Positions 13,985-25,666 are shown, counted from the first letter of the whole stretch. The stretch: 63,333 bases of DNA, filler included, from Squatina squatina (GCA_031763465.1; 4 parts of 3 records of this genome joined end to end with filler, not necessarily neighbours in it); one strand, 5' to 3'. Made by a program: numbers and translations. The notes: generated by a model not told the origin, from the sequence alone.

Positions 13985-14321
13985 ATTTGCGCACAGCAAA
14001 CTCCCACAGACAGCACTGTGGTAATGATCAGACTTTTTTTTTAATGTTGATTGAGGAATAAATATTGGCCAGGACACCGAGGATAATTCCCCTGCTCCTC
14101 TTCGAAATAGTGCCATGGGATCTTTTATGTCCGCTTGAGCGAGCAGACAGGGCCTCGGTTTAACATATCATCCAAAAAAACGGCACCTCCGACAGTGCAG
14201 CGCGCTCTCAGTACTGCACTGGAGTGTGAGCCAAGATTTTAATGCTCAAGACTTCGAGTGGGACTTGAACCCACAAACTTCTGACTCGGAGGCGAGAGTT
14301 CTGTCAACTGAGCCATGGCTG
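13985..14321 (-). mobile_element. tRNA-derived Deu-domain SINE (SacSINE1-like)
   Basis: Reverse complement has tggctcagttg box A, gggttcaagtccc box B, cagtactgagagcgcgctgcactgtcggagg and tgtgggagtttgctgtgcgcaaatt core. Confidence 0.8.
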
Positions 14322-14892
14322 ATGAGAAATGTTGTCTCTTATATTCTGTTCTATTCTATTCACACTTTTGGCATAATTAAAATCCTTCTCTATTATTACT
14401 GGTATTCGGTTCCTGTGTGGTCTGACACAATCGAGCAACATGGTTCTACGAGAGTCAGTGCTGTGATTCAAGTGGCCCCATGAGACATCAAATAGAGCTG
14501 ATAGTAAGGGCAAGGTCATGGTACAAGCCAAGGATACAAAACAGTAATCTGGTCTGGGCATTCAGATGGTGAAAATAAGCTGCCCATGTGGTGTAGGATA
14601 TCCTATATGAACACTAACATTGGATTATCACGTCAAATGCACTGACGGTCATCCAGTATCATTTTTTTTTGTTCTGGTGGAGTGGGCATCAATGACGAGG
14701 CATCCCTAGGTGCCCCGAGAGCATTATGATTCAATCACATAGGTGGAGCCGGTTCCCTTTCTTTGCCTGAAGGATATCAGAGTTAGGTTTTTNNNNNNNN
14801 NNNNNNNNNNNNNNNNNNNNNNNNNNNNNNNNNNNNNNNNNNNNNNNNNNNNNNNNNNNNNNNNNNNNNNNNNNNNNNNNNNNNNNNNNNNN

Positions 14893-15410
14893 GCCACTTG
14901 TCTGTCCATTCTGCTAACCTATTTATGTCCTGTTGCAGTCGATTGGTATCATCCTCACTGTTTGCCACACCTCCAAATTTGGCATCACCAGCAAATTTTG
15001 AAATGTTACTCTCTATTCCAATATCCAAGTCATTTATACATATCACAAAGTCAGTGGTCCTAGCACTGACCCCTGGAGAACACCACTGTCCACCATCCTC
15101 CAGTTTGAAAAACAACCATCCACTGTGACTCGCTGCCTTCTAGCTTTAAGCCAATTTTTTATCCAAGCTGACACTGGCCCTCCTATTCCATGAGCCTCAG
15201 TTTTGTTAACCAGCCTTTTATGCAGTACTTTGTCAAACGCTTTCTTAAAATCCATATAGACAACATCCATTACATTCCCTTCATCCCAGTTACTTCATCA
15301 AAAAATTCAATTAGATTAGTCAAACATGATCTGCCTTTTACAAATCCGTACTGGCTCTCCTTAATTAACTCAAACCTCTCCAAGTGCCTGTTAATTTTTT
15401 CCCTGATTAT
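14893..15410 (-). mobile_element. CR1 LINE ORF2 reverse-transcriptase fragment (inactive)
   Basis: DVVYMDFKKAFDKV..GVLQGSVLGP..INDLD..SKFAGD (catalytic FADD motif mutated); frameshift between ORFs 15043-15270 and 14783-15115. Confidence 0.92.
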
Positions 15411-15989
15411 TTATGTTCTTATGTTCTTTCTTCAGGTGAAAAAGATATTCAGTGTGCTTGGTGCTTTTTGAGAGAATGAAACAATGCAATACACATAGCT
15501 GCGGTAAGTACTGTGATGATTTGAACTGATCCCTAATCTTTTTTTCTAATTTTGCATAATTTGTATTAGAGCTTTTAATGCTTGATCAGTTATGTTATGT
15601 ATCTTAAAATGTGCCCACTTTTGCTATGCTAAACAGTGTAAGGTATTCATTGTACTGGACAAGCTTATTACCAGTTAATCTTGTCAAGAAGAGCTGAGTC
15701 AGTTATGACGAATGGGTATTGGGGTGTGATAAATATGGGGTATACTGTTCATCTGCCAGAAAGGAGAAAAACCTGTATAATGCACATGAATTATAAAAAA
15801 ATGCATTTGTGTGTGATGTATCAAAACTTTCAGCATTGTAGCCATTTCTTTCCAGCATATAGCATTTGGAAGTGGTTTATACATTTGACTCTGATCCTAA
15901 ATTTTGCTAAAATACTTTTCTAAAGTGCTTTGAGAAAATAATTTCCAATGTATTAACATCTGAAACATGGTAAGAATAGCAGTTTTAAA

Positions 15990-16190
15990 TAGAGGGGGAT
16001 AGAGGAGGGGGAGACTTTATTGGGGGCGAGGGTGATTTAGTGGGAGGCGGAGGCGGGGGGAAACTACATACATGCAGCTTTAAGAATGGCAGCGTCTGAG
16101 GTGGGACGCGTTGGGTTGCTGAGCGGAGACGTTACGTCTGCATTTGCTGGATCTGCTGCATACGGTGAGGCTGCTGCAGCTAGCAGGTAA
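15990..16190 (+). promoter_or_regulatory. Candidate GC-box promoter and first exon of an unidentified gene
   Basis: G-rich tract with gggggcgaggg and gggaggcggaggcgggggg, aaactaca motif, local CpGs, then donors ACG|gtgagg and CAG|gtaact. Confidence 0.35.
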
Positions 16191-17720
16191 CTGGGACTGG
16201 ATGTATGATCACAGCTCCTAACCTTTGCAGCGAACACAAAGATGAGCTAGTCCTTAAACTGGTTGCTTTTATTGCTTTCCCCTTTGTGATTTTTTTTTTT
16301 AAACAGAAGTGGAGGTGGGGTGGGGGGAAGGTAGGGGCGGTAGATTGGAAAGAAATAGCCAAGCTGTTAGCTGGATAGGCTGCTCAGAGTCTAGTTTCCT
16401 GCCTCTCCTTTGATCCTGGTAATTGGAACCAATTATGGTACGACTGGCCCCAAAGGCCCTTGTTCTGCTATTCATTCTCCAGCAGAAAGACTGGGATGAG
16501 TTTACGGCAGTGTATTATTCTCGCTCTTTGATCTTGCTTTCTGTCAAGCACTCAATACTACAGCTCTGCAGCAGTGTTACCTGCACTCCAGCTGGCTCTC
16601 TTTCTTTTTTTTTTCTCCAAATGTAGTTTGCTCCCTCTGGTTTTCAACTGCTTTCCTCCTCGACAGCTGTTGAAGATAAAAAAAAAAGGCTGCTCTTTGA
16701 GGGATGTGCCTCAGCATTGTGGACTGAAAACGCTGGAGCGAGTGGTGTATAATAGATGGCAATAGGTGAAAAGAATCCTACTACTTCTAAAGTTACTGCA
16801 ACTGCATAGATGCAAGACAAAACCAATAGCTTGGGTATTTGTGCACTGCCTTGTGGGGCAGACTGGTTGAAAGAGAACAGATGGGAGGCTGCATTCATTG
16901 CTTTAGTAGAGCCCAGTATCTGACGGAAAATATCAGACGATTAACTACTATGGCTTTTTCTTTTCCTAAGCACAAAAGCCACACAAAGATTAAAACATAT
17001 TACTGTAACAGGACTTCAGTGTATGCTGCTGTACTGCCCCTCCTACCCAAATTAATAAGACCTGGAAAAAGAAACTTGCATTTCACATTAAGGCTGTAAT
17101 GTTTTATTTTTGAAGCAGCATATAATGGAATTAGAATCACCATAAATGTACTGAGCAAGTTGAATGCAGTGCAATCACATGGAAAACTGAAAACAGCTTG
17201 TTTTCTTAAAATACTGCAATGTTTGTTCTTTAATGGACTGCCCATTGCCATGTTTTATTTTTATTAATAGAGATTGCAGAAATAAACATGGCAATTCAAC
17301 TGTTGATTTCGGCTGTTAATATTAATGCAGCCAACTAAGTAATTTGCCAATTAGTTCCTCATTTTCCTTTCAAGACACATGGGAAGGGGGAAGTGCTTTG
17401 AAACATATTTTTAATCTGGATCTGACAAGTCAGTTTACTGTCATGTTACAGACTTCTAACTTTAACATTTTTCTGTCTTCTTGGCAGGTTATTAAAATAA
17501 ATGAGGGCGCTTTGGACTGCCATTGCACGTTTCCCTAATGGGATTTCTGGAATCTCAGAGCCAACAGCATAAATTGACTGATCGTGAAGACTGAAGGAAA
17601 TCAGCTAAAGTGGACAATTAGGATGACTATTTTGCACAGCTGAATGAAATATTCGGTGTTATTTTAATAATGCAGGNNNNNNNNNNNNNNNNNNNNNNNN
17701 NNNNNNNNNNNNNNNNNNNN

Positions 17721-17732
17721 TTAATTAATTAA
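17721..17732. other. Artificial scaffold-joining linker TTAATTAATTAA
   Basis: 12-mer with stops in all six frames, flanked by 44 N on each side. Confidence 0.97.
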
Positions 17733-17776
17733 NNNNNNNNNNNNNNNNNNNNNNNNNNNNNNNNNNNNNNNNNNNN

Positions 17777-18140
17777 CACGACCTCTACCCCTACCTCTAC
17801 CCCTACCTCTATCTCTACCTCTACTACTACCTCTACTCCTACCTCTACCCCTACATCTACCCCTACATCTTCCCTTACCTCTACCCCTACCACTACCACT
17901 ACCTTACCCTTCCCTACTCGCACCTCTACCCCTAACAAACCCTGGCTCTATCTCTACCCGTGCTCTATCCCTACCCGTACGCAACGCAGCGCACCGCAAC
18001 CCAACACAACGCAACGCAACACAACGCAACGCAACGCATCACGACGCACCGCAACGCAACGCAATGTAACGCGATGCAATGAAATGCAACGCACCACACA
18101 GGACCGCACCGAACCGCCCCGCACCGTACCGCACCGCACG
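17777..18140 (+). repeat. Compound microsatellite: (ACCTCT/ACCCCT)n followed by (ACGCA/ACCGC)n
   Basis: Hexamer array about 17781-17935 and pentamer array about 17979-18140, directly visible. Confidence 0.9.
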
Positions 18141-18272
18141 GTAATTATTCATACAAAAATATATTTTGCATTGCAAAACATTTGCATATTTAAAGCACCA
18201 CAAAATTACAAAACCTTACTTGATATCTGTCATTTAACTTACATTCTTTAAAATTGCATTGTTTTGCTCAAG

Positions 18273-18416
18273 GTAACAATTTTGAGGCAAAGGTAGAAAA
18301 TAAGAATGGCACTTCAAGTCAGTTCCTACAAATAAGTGACAGCACAAGCACTACCAGAGCGCTAAAGCAAAAAGCCAGGAAGAAGAGGAGGGGTGAAGGC
18401 AGACAGTGGCATACAG
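18273..18416 (+). CDS. ZNF711: ZNF711 penultimate coding exon (basic nuclear-localisation region)
   Basis: 144 bp, AG acceptor and GTGGGA donor, phase 1/1; (G)NNFEAKVENKNGTSSQFLQISDSTSTTRALKQKARKKRRGEGRQWHT; LKQKA..RRGE.RQW is ZNF711-type; phase joins the exon at 19318. Confidence 0.88.
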
Positions 18417-18805
18417 GTGGGATGGAGTGACTCTGGGGGTCCTTAACATTAAATCCAAACCCCATAAAATCTTGTTGGATCAGGCCAAACATTTGCAAGA
18501 AAACCTCTTGCTGATTACAACCAATGAGGGTGNNNNNNNNNNNNNNNNNNNNNNNNNNNNNNNNNNNNNNNNNNNNNNNNNNNNNNNNNNNNNNNNNNNN
18601 NNNNNNNNNNNNNNNNNNNNNNNNNNNNNNNNGAGGGGAAGGCATAAGGACGGCAAGGGAGCACCGAGGATTCTGAAAAAGCAGGCGCAGAGGCAAGCAA
18701 GAGAAACCAAGAACTAGTTCAACTCCCACCTCGACAAGATGGTCGCGGTTCTGGACCACGCACCTCCCCACTCCCCCCAGTCACCCAGGAATTGATGTGA
18801 GCCTG

Positions 18806-19040
18806 CATCAGGGACCCCTTCCAAAGAGGGAGTCTCCCCCCCATCAGGGACCCCTTTTAAAGGGAGAGTCTCCCCCCCATCAGGGACCCCTATTAAAGGG
18901 AGAGTCTCCCCCCATCAGGGACCCCTTTGAAAGAGGGAGTCTCCCCCCATCAGGGACCCCTTTGAAAGAGGGAGTCTCTCTCCATCAGGGACCCCTTTGA
19001 AAGAGGGAGTCTCCCCCCATCAGGGACCCCTTTTTTTAAA
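18806..19040 (+). repeat. 35-36 bp minisatellite, 6 full units plus a partial unit
   Basis: Unit catcagggacccctttgaaagagggagtctccccc starts at 18806, 18842, 18878, 18913, 18948, 18983, 19018. Confidence 0.93.
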
Positions 19041-19317
19041 CCGTTGGTGTGGGGAGTAATTGGTGGGGGGTGGGGTTGCTTCCTCTTTTATGCAGCAAAA
19101 TGAGAGGTGATTGCAAGATGTGTGGGTCAGGGAGACCATCAGCCAGACTATTAAGTTGATTTAATTTTCAGAACCGTTTATTTCAAATTCAGATACCCGA
19201 GCATTATTTCAGTCTTTTTTGTTTTTCAGACAACAAAAACAGAAAAGGTTGCAAATATTATAGAACGTACAAAGATTAAGAAAGCTTACCTGATCCTTTT
19301 TTTTGCTTGTTTTAAAG

Positions 19318-20396
19318 CTGTCATCATAGGTCCTGATGGACAACCCATAACTGTCTACCCATGTCACATCTGTGGGAAGAAGTTTAAATCCAGGGGTTTC
19401 TTGAAAAGACACATGAAGAACCATCCTGAGCAGAGCACTAAGAAGAAGTATNNNNNNNNNNNNNNNNNNNNNNNNNNNNNNNNNNNNNNNNNNNNNNNNN
19501 NNNNNNNNNNNNNNNNNNNNNNNNNNNNNNNNNNNNNNNNNNNNNNNNNNNAAGAAGTATCAGTGCACAGACTGTGACTATACAACAAATAAAAAAGCAA
19601 GTTTTCATAATCATCTGGAGAGTCATAAGCTCATCAACAAAGGAGAGAAAACATACGAGTATAATGAGTATGGAAAAAGATTCACTCAGGCAGGAGCACT
19701 GGCCGCTCACAAACTGGTCAATAAGGAAAAAGAAACTAAAATGCATAAATGCAAATTTTGTGATTATGAGACAGCTGAACAGGGTCTTCTCAATCGGCAT
19801 CTGTTGGCAGTGCACAGCAAGAATTTCCCACACATCTGTGTGGAGTGTGGGAAGGGATTCCGTCATCCATCAGAACTCAAGAAACACATGCGAACTCACA
19901 CAGGGGAGAAACCATACCACTGCCAGTACTGTGAATACAGATCTGCTGATGCTTCTAACCTGAAGACCCATGTGAAAACCAAGCACAGCAATGAGCTGCC
20001 ATACAAATGTGACCACTGCCCTCAAACATTTTTGGATGACAAAGATCTGCAAAAGCATGCCACTTTATTTCAGGCACATAGGACCCATCAGTGCCCACAT
20101 TGTGACCACAGAAGCTCCAACTCTAGTGACCTTAAACGTCATATAATATCTGTGCACACCAAGGAATTCCCACACAACTGTGAGGTGTGTGATAAGGGAT
20201 TTCATCGTCCATCAGAGCTCAAGAAACACATGTCAACTCACAAGGGTAAAAAGCTTCATCAGTGCAGGCACTGTGATTTCAAAATTGCAGACCCTTTTAT
20301 ACTTAGCCGCCATATTCTTTCAGTCCACACCAAGGACCTTCCCTTTAAATGCAAAAGGTGCAAGAGAGAGTTTCGACAGCAAAATGAGCTTAAGAA
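19318..20396 (+). CDS. ZNF711: ZNF711 last (zinc-finger) exon, split by a gap at 19452-19551 and truncated by a gap at 20397
   Basis: Acceptor tttaaag then [23 protein letters not shown]...; [14 protein letters not shown], degenerate finger 3 and [11 protein letters not shown]...LFQ.H are ZNF711-diagnostic; POF1B and CHM downstream. Confidence 0.88.
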
Positions 20397-20496
20397 NNNN
20401 NNNNNNNNNNNNNNNNNNNNNNNNNNNNNNNNNNNNNNNNNNNNNNNNNNNNNNNNNNNNNNNNNNNNNNNNNNNNNNNNNNNNNNNNNNNNNNNN

Positions 20497-20715
20497 TCCG
20501 TAGATACTGCACATGCGCATTCAGGTCTCCGTAGATACTGCACATGCGCATTCAGGGCGCCATAGATACTGCAAATGCGCAGTAAGGGTTCTGCCAAGAC
20601 TGCACATGCACAGTTAGGGCACCGTTTCCCACTCCCAGAAACCCGGACATTTGAGCAATTTTAAGGCAACTGTTGGGACACATTTCCTGAAAAACCAGGA
20701 CGTTGGGTCATCCTA
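20497..20715 (-). mobile_element. hAT (Blackjack/MER81-like) MITE fragment with 31-bp internal repeats
   Basis: Ends in gggtcatccta (reverse taggatgaccc); ggacatttgagcaa is the reverse complement of sequence in the 37988 element; units at 20497, 20528, 20559. Confidence 0.65.
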
Positions 20716-21374
20716 CTTAACTGTCAGCCTAGATTATGTACTCAAGTTCTGTAGTAGGGCTTGAACACGCAACCTTGTGACTCAAAAGTGAGCACACTAC
20801 CATTGGCCCAAATTGATACTACAGCCAAAATTTACTGATGTCCCACACCACCAGTAGGGCCTCACACGCAGCAGCAGGATTATCAGAAGATTCTATTAAA
20901 ATGCTTGTCCCTCTCCCGGTCTTTAGTTCTAAAGAACGACACAGTCTGAAACATGATCCTGCCTCTTTTCCTCGGCAGATGCTGACTGTTTCTGGGATTT
21001 TATGTTTTTGTTTCCGATTTATTGCCTTTGCAGTTTGATTTTATTTTTATTTTAAAGACGTAATTTAATTTGGTTTCTTGCACTTGGGGATGAGAAGTTT
21101 GCAAACCAAGCCTCTGGTTGAAAGGTGTAATTTTAAAGTTTACACCAAATATACTATCCAAAAAGGATTGCTACAGGGATGCCAAGAATTAAAATTTCAT
21201 TGCAGGAAATTGCTAGCTGTCTATCTGCAGTGAATTTTCAAGTGAAACACATTGCCATGCTATTCTAGTTTTTGTTCTTGGAAATTCATGAGCTAATTAA
21301 CCATATACAGTAACAGTTGCATAACATAAAATAGATTGGAGTAGAATACTGACCTTTTCTTCATTCTGATGCAG

Positions 21375-22555
21375 CAATCATTATAGGGCCTGACGGACAT
21401 CCTATAACTGTTTATCCATGTATGATCTGTGGAAAAAAATTTAAGTCCAGGGGCTTCCTGAAGAGACACATGAAAAATCATCCAGAACAGCTGACCAAGA
21501 AAAAATACCAGTGTACTGACTGTGATTACACTACCAACAAGAAAACCAGTTTACACAACCATCTGGAGAGCCACATGCTCATGAGCAAAGTGGAGAAGAC
21601 CTATGAGTGTGATGAATGTGGCAAGGTATTTTCTCACCCAGGAGCACTGGTTTCCCATAAGTTGGTTCACCGGGAAAAGGGAGCCACAAAGATGCACAAG
21701 TGCAAATTTTGTGAGTATGAGACTGCGGAGCAGGGTCTTCTGAATCGCCACCTCTTGGCCGTGCACAGCAAGAATTTCCCTCACATATGCGTGGAGTGCG
21801 GCAAGGGGTTTCGCCATCCATCAGAGCTGAGGAAGCACATGCGAACCCACACTGGGGAGAAACCCTACCAGTGCCAGTATTGTGACTACAAGTCAGCTGA
21901 TGCCTCAAACCTGAAAACCCACATGAAGACAAAGCACAGCAAGGATCTACCATTCAAGTGTGAGCACTGTTTGATGACATTCACAGATGCCAAAGAACTG
22001 CAGAAACATGCCGCCATTCATCAGGGACACAAAACCCACCAGTGCACACACTGCGATCACAGGAGTTCCAACTCCAGTGATCTGAAGCGCCATATTATTT
22101 CAGTCCATACCAAGGACTACCCTCACAAGTGTGAGGTATGTGACAAGGGCTTTCATCGACCCTCGGAGCTCAAGAAACACATGTCAACTCACAAGGGTAA
22201 AAAACTGCACCAGTGTAGGCACTGTGACTTTAAAATTGCAGACCCTTTTGTTCTTAGCCGACATATTCTTTCAGTTCACACCAAGGATCTGCCGTTCAGA
22301 TGTAAACGTTGCAAAAAGGGCTTTCGGCAACAGGTTGAGCTCAAGAAGCACATGAAGACCCACAGTGGCAAAAAGGTTTATCAGTGTGAGTACTGTGAGT
22401 ATAGCACTACCGATGCCTCGGGCTTTAAACGGCACGTTATTTCTATTCACACAAAGGACTATCCGCATCGTTGTGATTACTGCAAGAAAGGCTTCCGCAG
22501 ACCTTCAGAAAAGAACCAGCATATAATGCGGCATCATAAAGAGGCTATAATGTGA
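21375..22555 (+). CDS. ZFX: ZFX/ZFY last exon, complete 13 C2H2-finger array to stop
   Basis: Acceptor gatgcag, [37 protein letters not shown]...intact finger 3 [22 protein letters not shown]...[18 protein letters not shown]. Confidence 0.9.
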
Positions 22556-23842
22556 TGTACAGATGGGAAAATGTTTTACACAAAAAAACTTAATAACTGT
22601 CAGTTAATTGGCACGGCTCGTAAACTGTTTCTCCTGGTCTCAACTTGAGTGTTGTTTCTCAACCTACCTTTCATTCTTTGTATTATAAGTTTTTAAAAGG
22701 TATGAGAGTTGGGAGGAGGAGTCAATTGTATAAATGTTTTGGTTTCTTCACACAATCTGACTAGTAGTGTTCTGGGGTTGCCATAATTGTGAAGCCATTC
22801 AGCGAGTTCTCTGTTCTTTTTAACAATTTCAGGTGACGCGAGTTTCACATGCAGTTGCAAAATATTGTATTCTACAGCTATGCTATAAAACTCGCAATTA
22901 GACCCTTTAAAATTGTTTCCATTTTATTGTTAATCCTGGTAAATATCTGATTCATGGAACAGATGTTAAAAACATCTATTTTTAACTTTTTTTAATCAAA
23001 AATAAACCCCAATAAATAGTGATTTGTGACAAATAGCCTAGCAGGTACAGACCGCTTTCCAAAAAGCTTCATAAAAAGACTGGTTCAATGGATGCGATGG
23101 AATTTCTTTTGGTTCACTCCTCACAGTTGCTGCNNNNNNNNNNNNNNNNNNNNNNNNNNNNNNNNNNNNNNNNNNNNNNNNNNNNNNNNNNNNNNNNNNN
23201 NNNNNNNNNNNNNNNNNNNNNNNNNNNNNNNNNACAGTTGCTGCAGCTTGTTACAGACTTGCATTTTAATACCAAAGCAAGTGTAGCTCTATGCAGCCAG
23301 TATGGATTAGTGCCATACTGCTGAGAGTTGGACTGCTTTTTATTATAGGGCATGTGTTGTGATTCTATGCATCCCTTTGCAAATACTTTTGATCTGTAAG
23401 TTACATAACACGGGAGTACTTCATGAATCAAACAAGTTGGTTCAGGGCTATTTAATGGATACAGATCTTGTTTTGACATTGTTATGCATATAATGTATAG
23501 AAAGTGGTATGATGGATATAGTTTTTTAGCTGGTTACTGCTCACACATTAAATGGTTGTTCACTTTGTGAATTTTTAACTTTATTCATTGTGTTGTGGTA
23601 GTTTTTGTGTTTTTTCAAATGTTGTCAATTTTTGTTTTGCACCAGATGAGAATCAGTTGCTCGAGAATTCAAAATGTTCTATTTCCAAAATTCAAAATGT
23701 TAATTTAGCAATGCCTCTTAGATTAAAAAACACTTGTGTTTCATGTGGCTGTAAAGGTTGTACACTCTGTAAAATAAGAGATCTTTTGTCACTGTTCTGT
23801 GGGATTACTATTTCTAAATGTTCTTAATGTGCTGAGTATATC

Positions 23843-23848
23843 AATAAA
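23843..23848 (+). terminator. Candidate poly(A) signal of the ZFX 3' UTR
   Basis: AATAAA at the end of a long T-rich, repeat-free region after the ZFX stop; further AATAAA at 23001 and 23011. Confidence 0.4.
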
Positions 23849-25444
23849 ACTGCATCTGTTGCACTGAAAGTTACTTCATGGTCAATCCACTTGCCCAGGC
23901 AGCCCAATCTCATTCCGGTTTTGGCAGATGCTTTCCAAACAATTGTGTTGTCTTGCTGTTAATTTATGCAATTCCTGTTGGCTGCACTGCTGCAAGCATG
24001 CACTTTATGCTCACAGATTATACAGCAGGATTTGTGATAGTCAAAGTGAGGTCATCGGTTTAGACTTACCCAATAAGCCTAAGAAGCCTGCATAAAGATG
24101 ATGAAGACGACAAGTGCTTTTTTGATTCCTGCTAAAAAATCTTATTCTTACTACTTTACCCCTGTAAAGTAAACTGTTCTTCTGCTTGTGATAATCAGAA
24201 AAATTAAATCAATTTAAATTCCTATGAAATAAGTAATGTAGTAATAATTTTGGAATACTTGTTCCTGNNNNNNNNNNCTTTTTAAACAAATGTTTGTTTA
24301 TGCTAGCCTCCACCCTTGGCTAATTTCATCCCCAAGTATCAAATCTCTCTTCCCCATCACTTAGACACAAAAATTGTCAATTCAGGAGTTCTTTGTACTC
24401 TGACCCTTCATGATTAAGCAATCCCCAGGGGGGTGTCATAAATCCATTAATTATTATCCAGAATAACTTCCTCATGCTCCGATCACCTTTTCTAGAAGGC
24501 TGTCTACTACCTTTTTGAAGGACTGTAAGTATCAATTTTTCACTGCCTCCTCTGGAATCCTAATCTACAGGTTGATCACCATCCCANNNNNNNNNNNNNN
24601 NNNNNNNNNNNNNNNNNNNNNNNNNNNNNNNNNNNNNNNNNNNNNNNNNNNNNNNNNNNNNNNNNNNNNNNNNNNNNNNNNNNNNNCTGGTGAAAACTTT
24701 AACCCATGGTGGGAAGGAATTAAAAAAAAAAATTCCAATATATTTTTTACACAAAAATTAAACTGTTTGATTGCAAGACACTTTGCCTTTGTAAAAATGT
24801 CATGGGGCAATTTAGTGTTGGCCTTGCTGTCAAATTAAATGAATAATGGCCTCCCTTAACATGCACGAGTGAGCAGTGCTGGCCTCCAGGGAAGTGTGCA
24901 CCGAAGCAGGAGGGCCTGCATTCTGCAACGGTCATGTTTCCCCTCCTGGGTCAGAACTGTACTTGCTGCAGCACTGCCAGATTACCCCTTAGTGAGTGAA
25001 TTTAATGATCCATAATTGAGATCGAGTACTGAGAGAGAAGACTGGAACATGTAAGATATAGGGGCAATTATAGAAAATTATTGATAATTACGGCTTGTAA
25101 ACGATGTCGGAAAACAAATCAAAATACTAATAACTGCGCTTTGAATATTAGTGATGCCAAAGAAGCAGATGGTTCCCAGTGCAATCCCTCAAGAGAAATA
25201 ATATATTTATGAGACTATGTAAATTTGTGTAAAAACAAATCATTCTAGCTTTGTGGCAAAGTGCCTCTGTACCATTCAACAATTGTTTTGTTACATTTTA
25301 TTGGCTTGCTTTAAAAGCTTTTTTTCCCCCCTATTGCACCCATTTATCATACTTTGATCATGAATTTAAAAATATGTAAAAATGGGGAAAAATATGAAGC
25401 ACTGTTTTGGAATCTGGGCTCATAACTTTTACATTCCATTAGCA

Positions 25445-25666
25445 TAGTGTTGTTCAATAGAAATTGCTGACTAGATGTGGCTACGGCAACAACGTTTTAG
25501 CCACGTGCACTAAATCTAGTAGAAAACGCCTTATATACACATGCATTTGCCATGCAAATGTGGAGATCATGTGCCCAACGATGGTGTCTATTACTCCTTG
25601 TTTACTTACAAATCAGAAATACAATTAGCCACATGTGGCTAGTGGCTTACATATTGGACAACACTG
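25445..25666. mobile_element. hAT-Charlie MITE resembling MER3/MER33
   Basis: TIRs tagtgttgttcaat / attggacaacactg with subterminal tagccacatgtggctagtggct; no intact TSD. Confidence 0.65.

Noticed and set aside
17721-17732. Recurrent TTAATTAATTAA as a biological motif
   Set aside because: Always centred in 44N/44N; a synthetic linker
18806-19040. CRISPR-like array of 35-36 bp palindromic repeats
   Set aside because: Units are head-to-tail with no unique spacers, no cas genes, and it lies in a vertebrate intron
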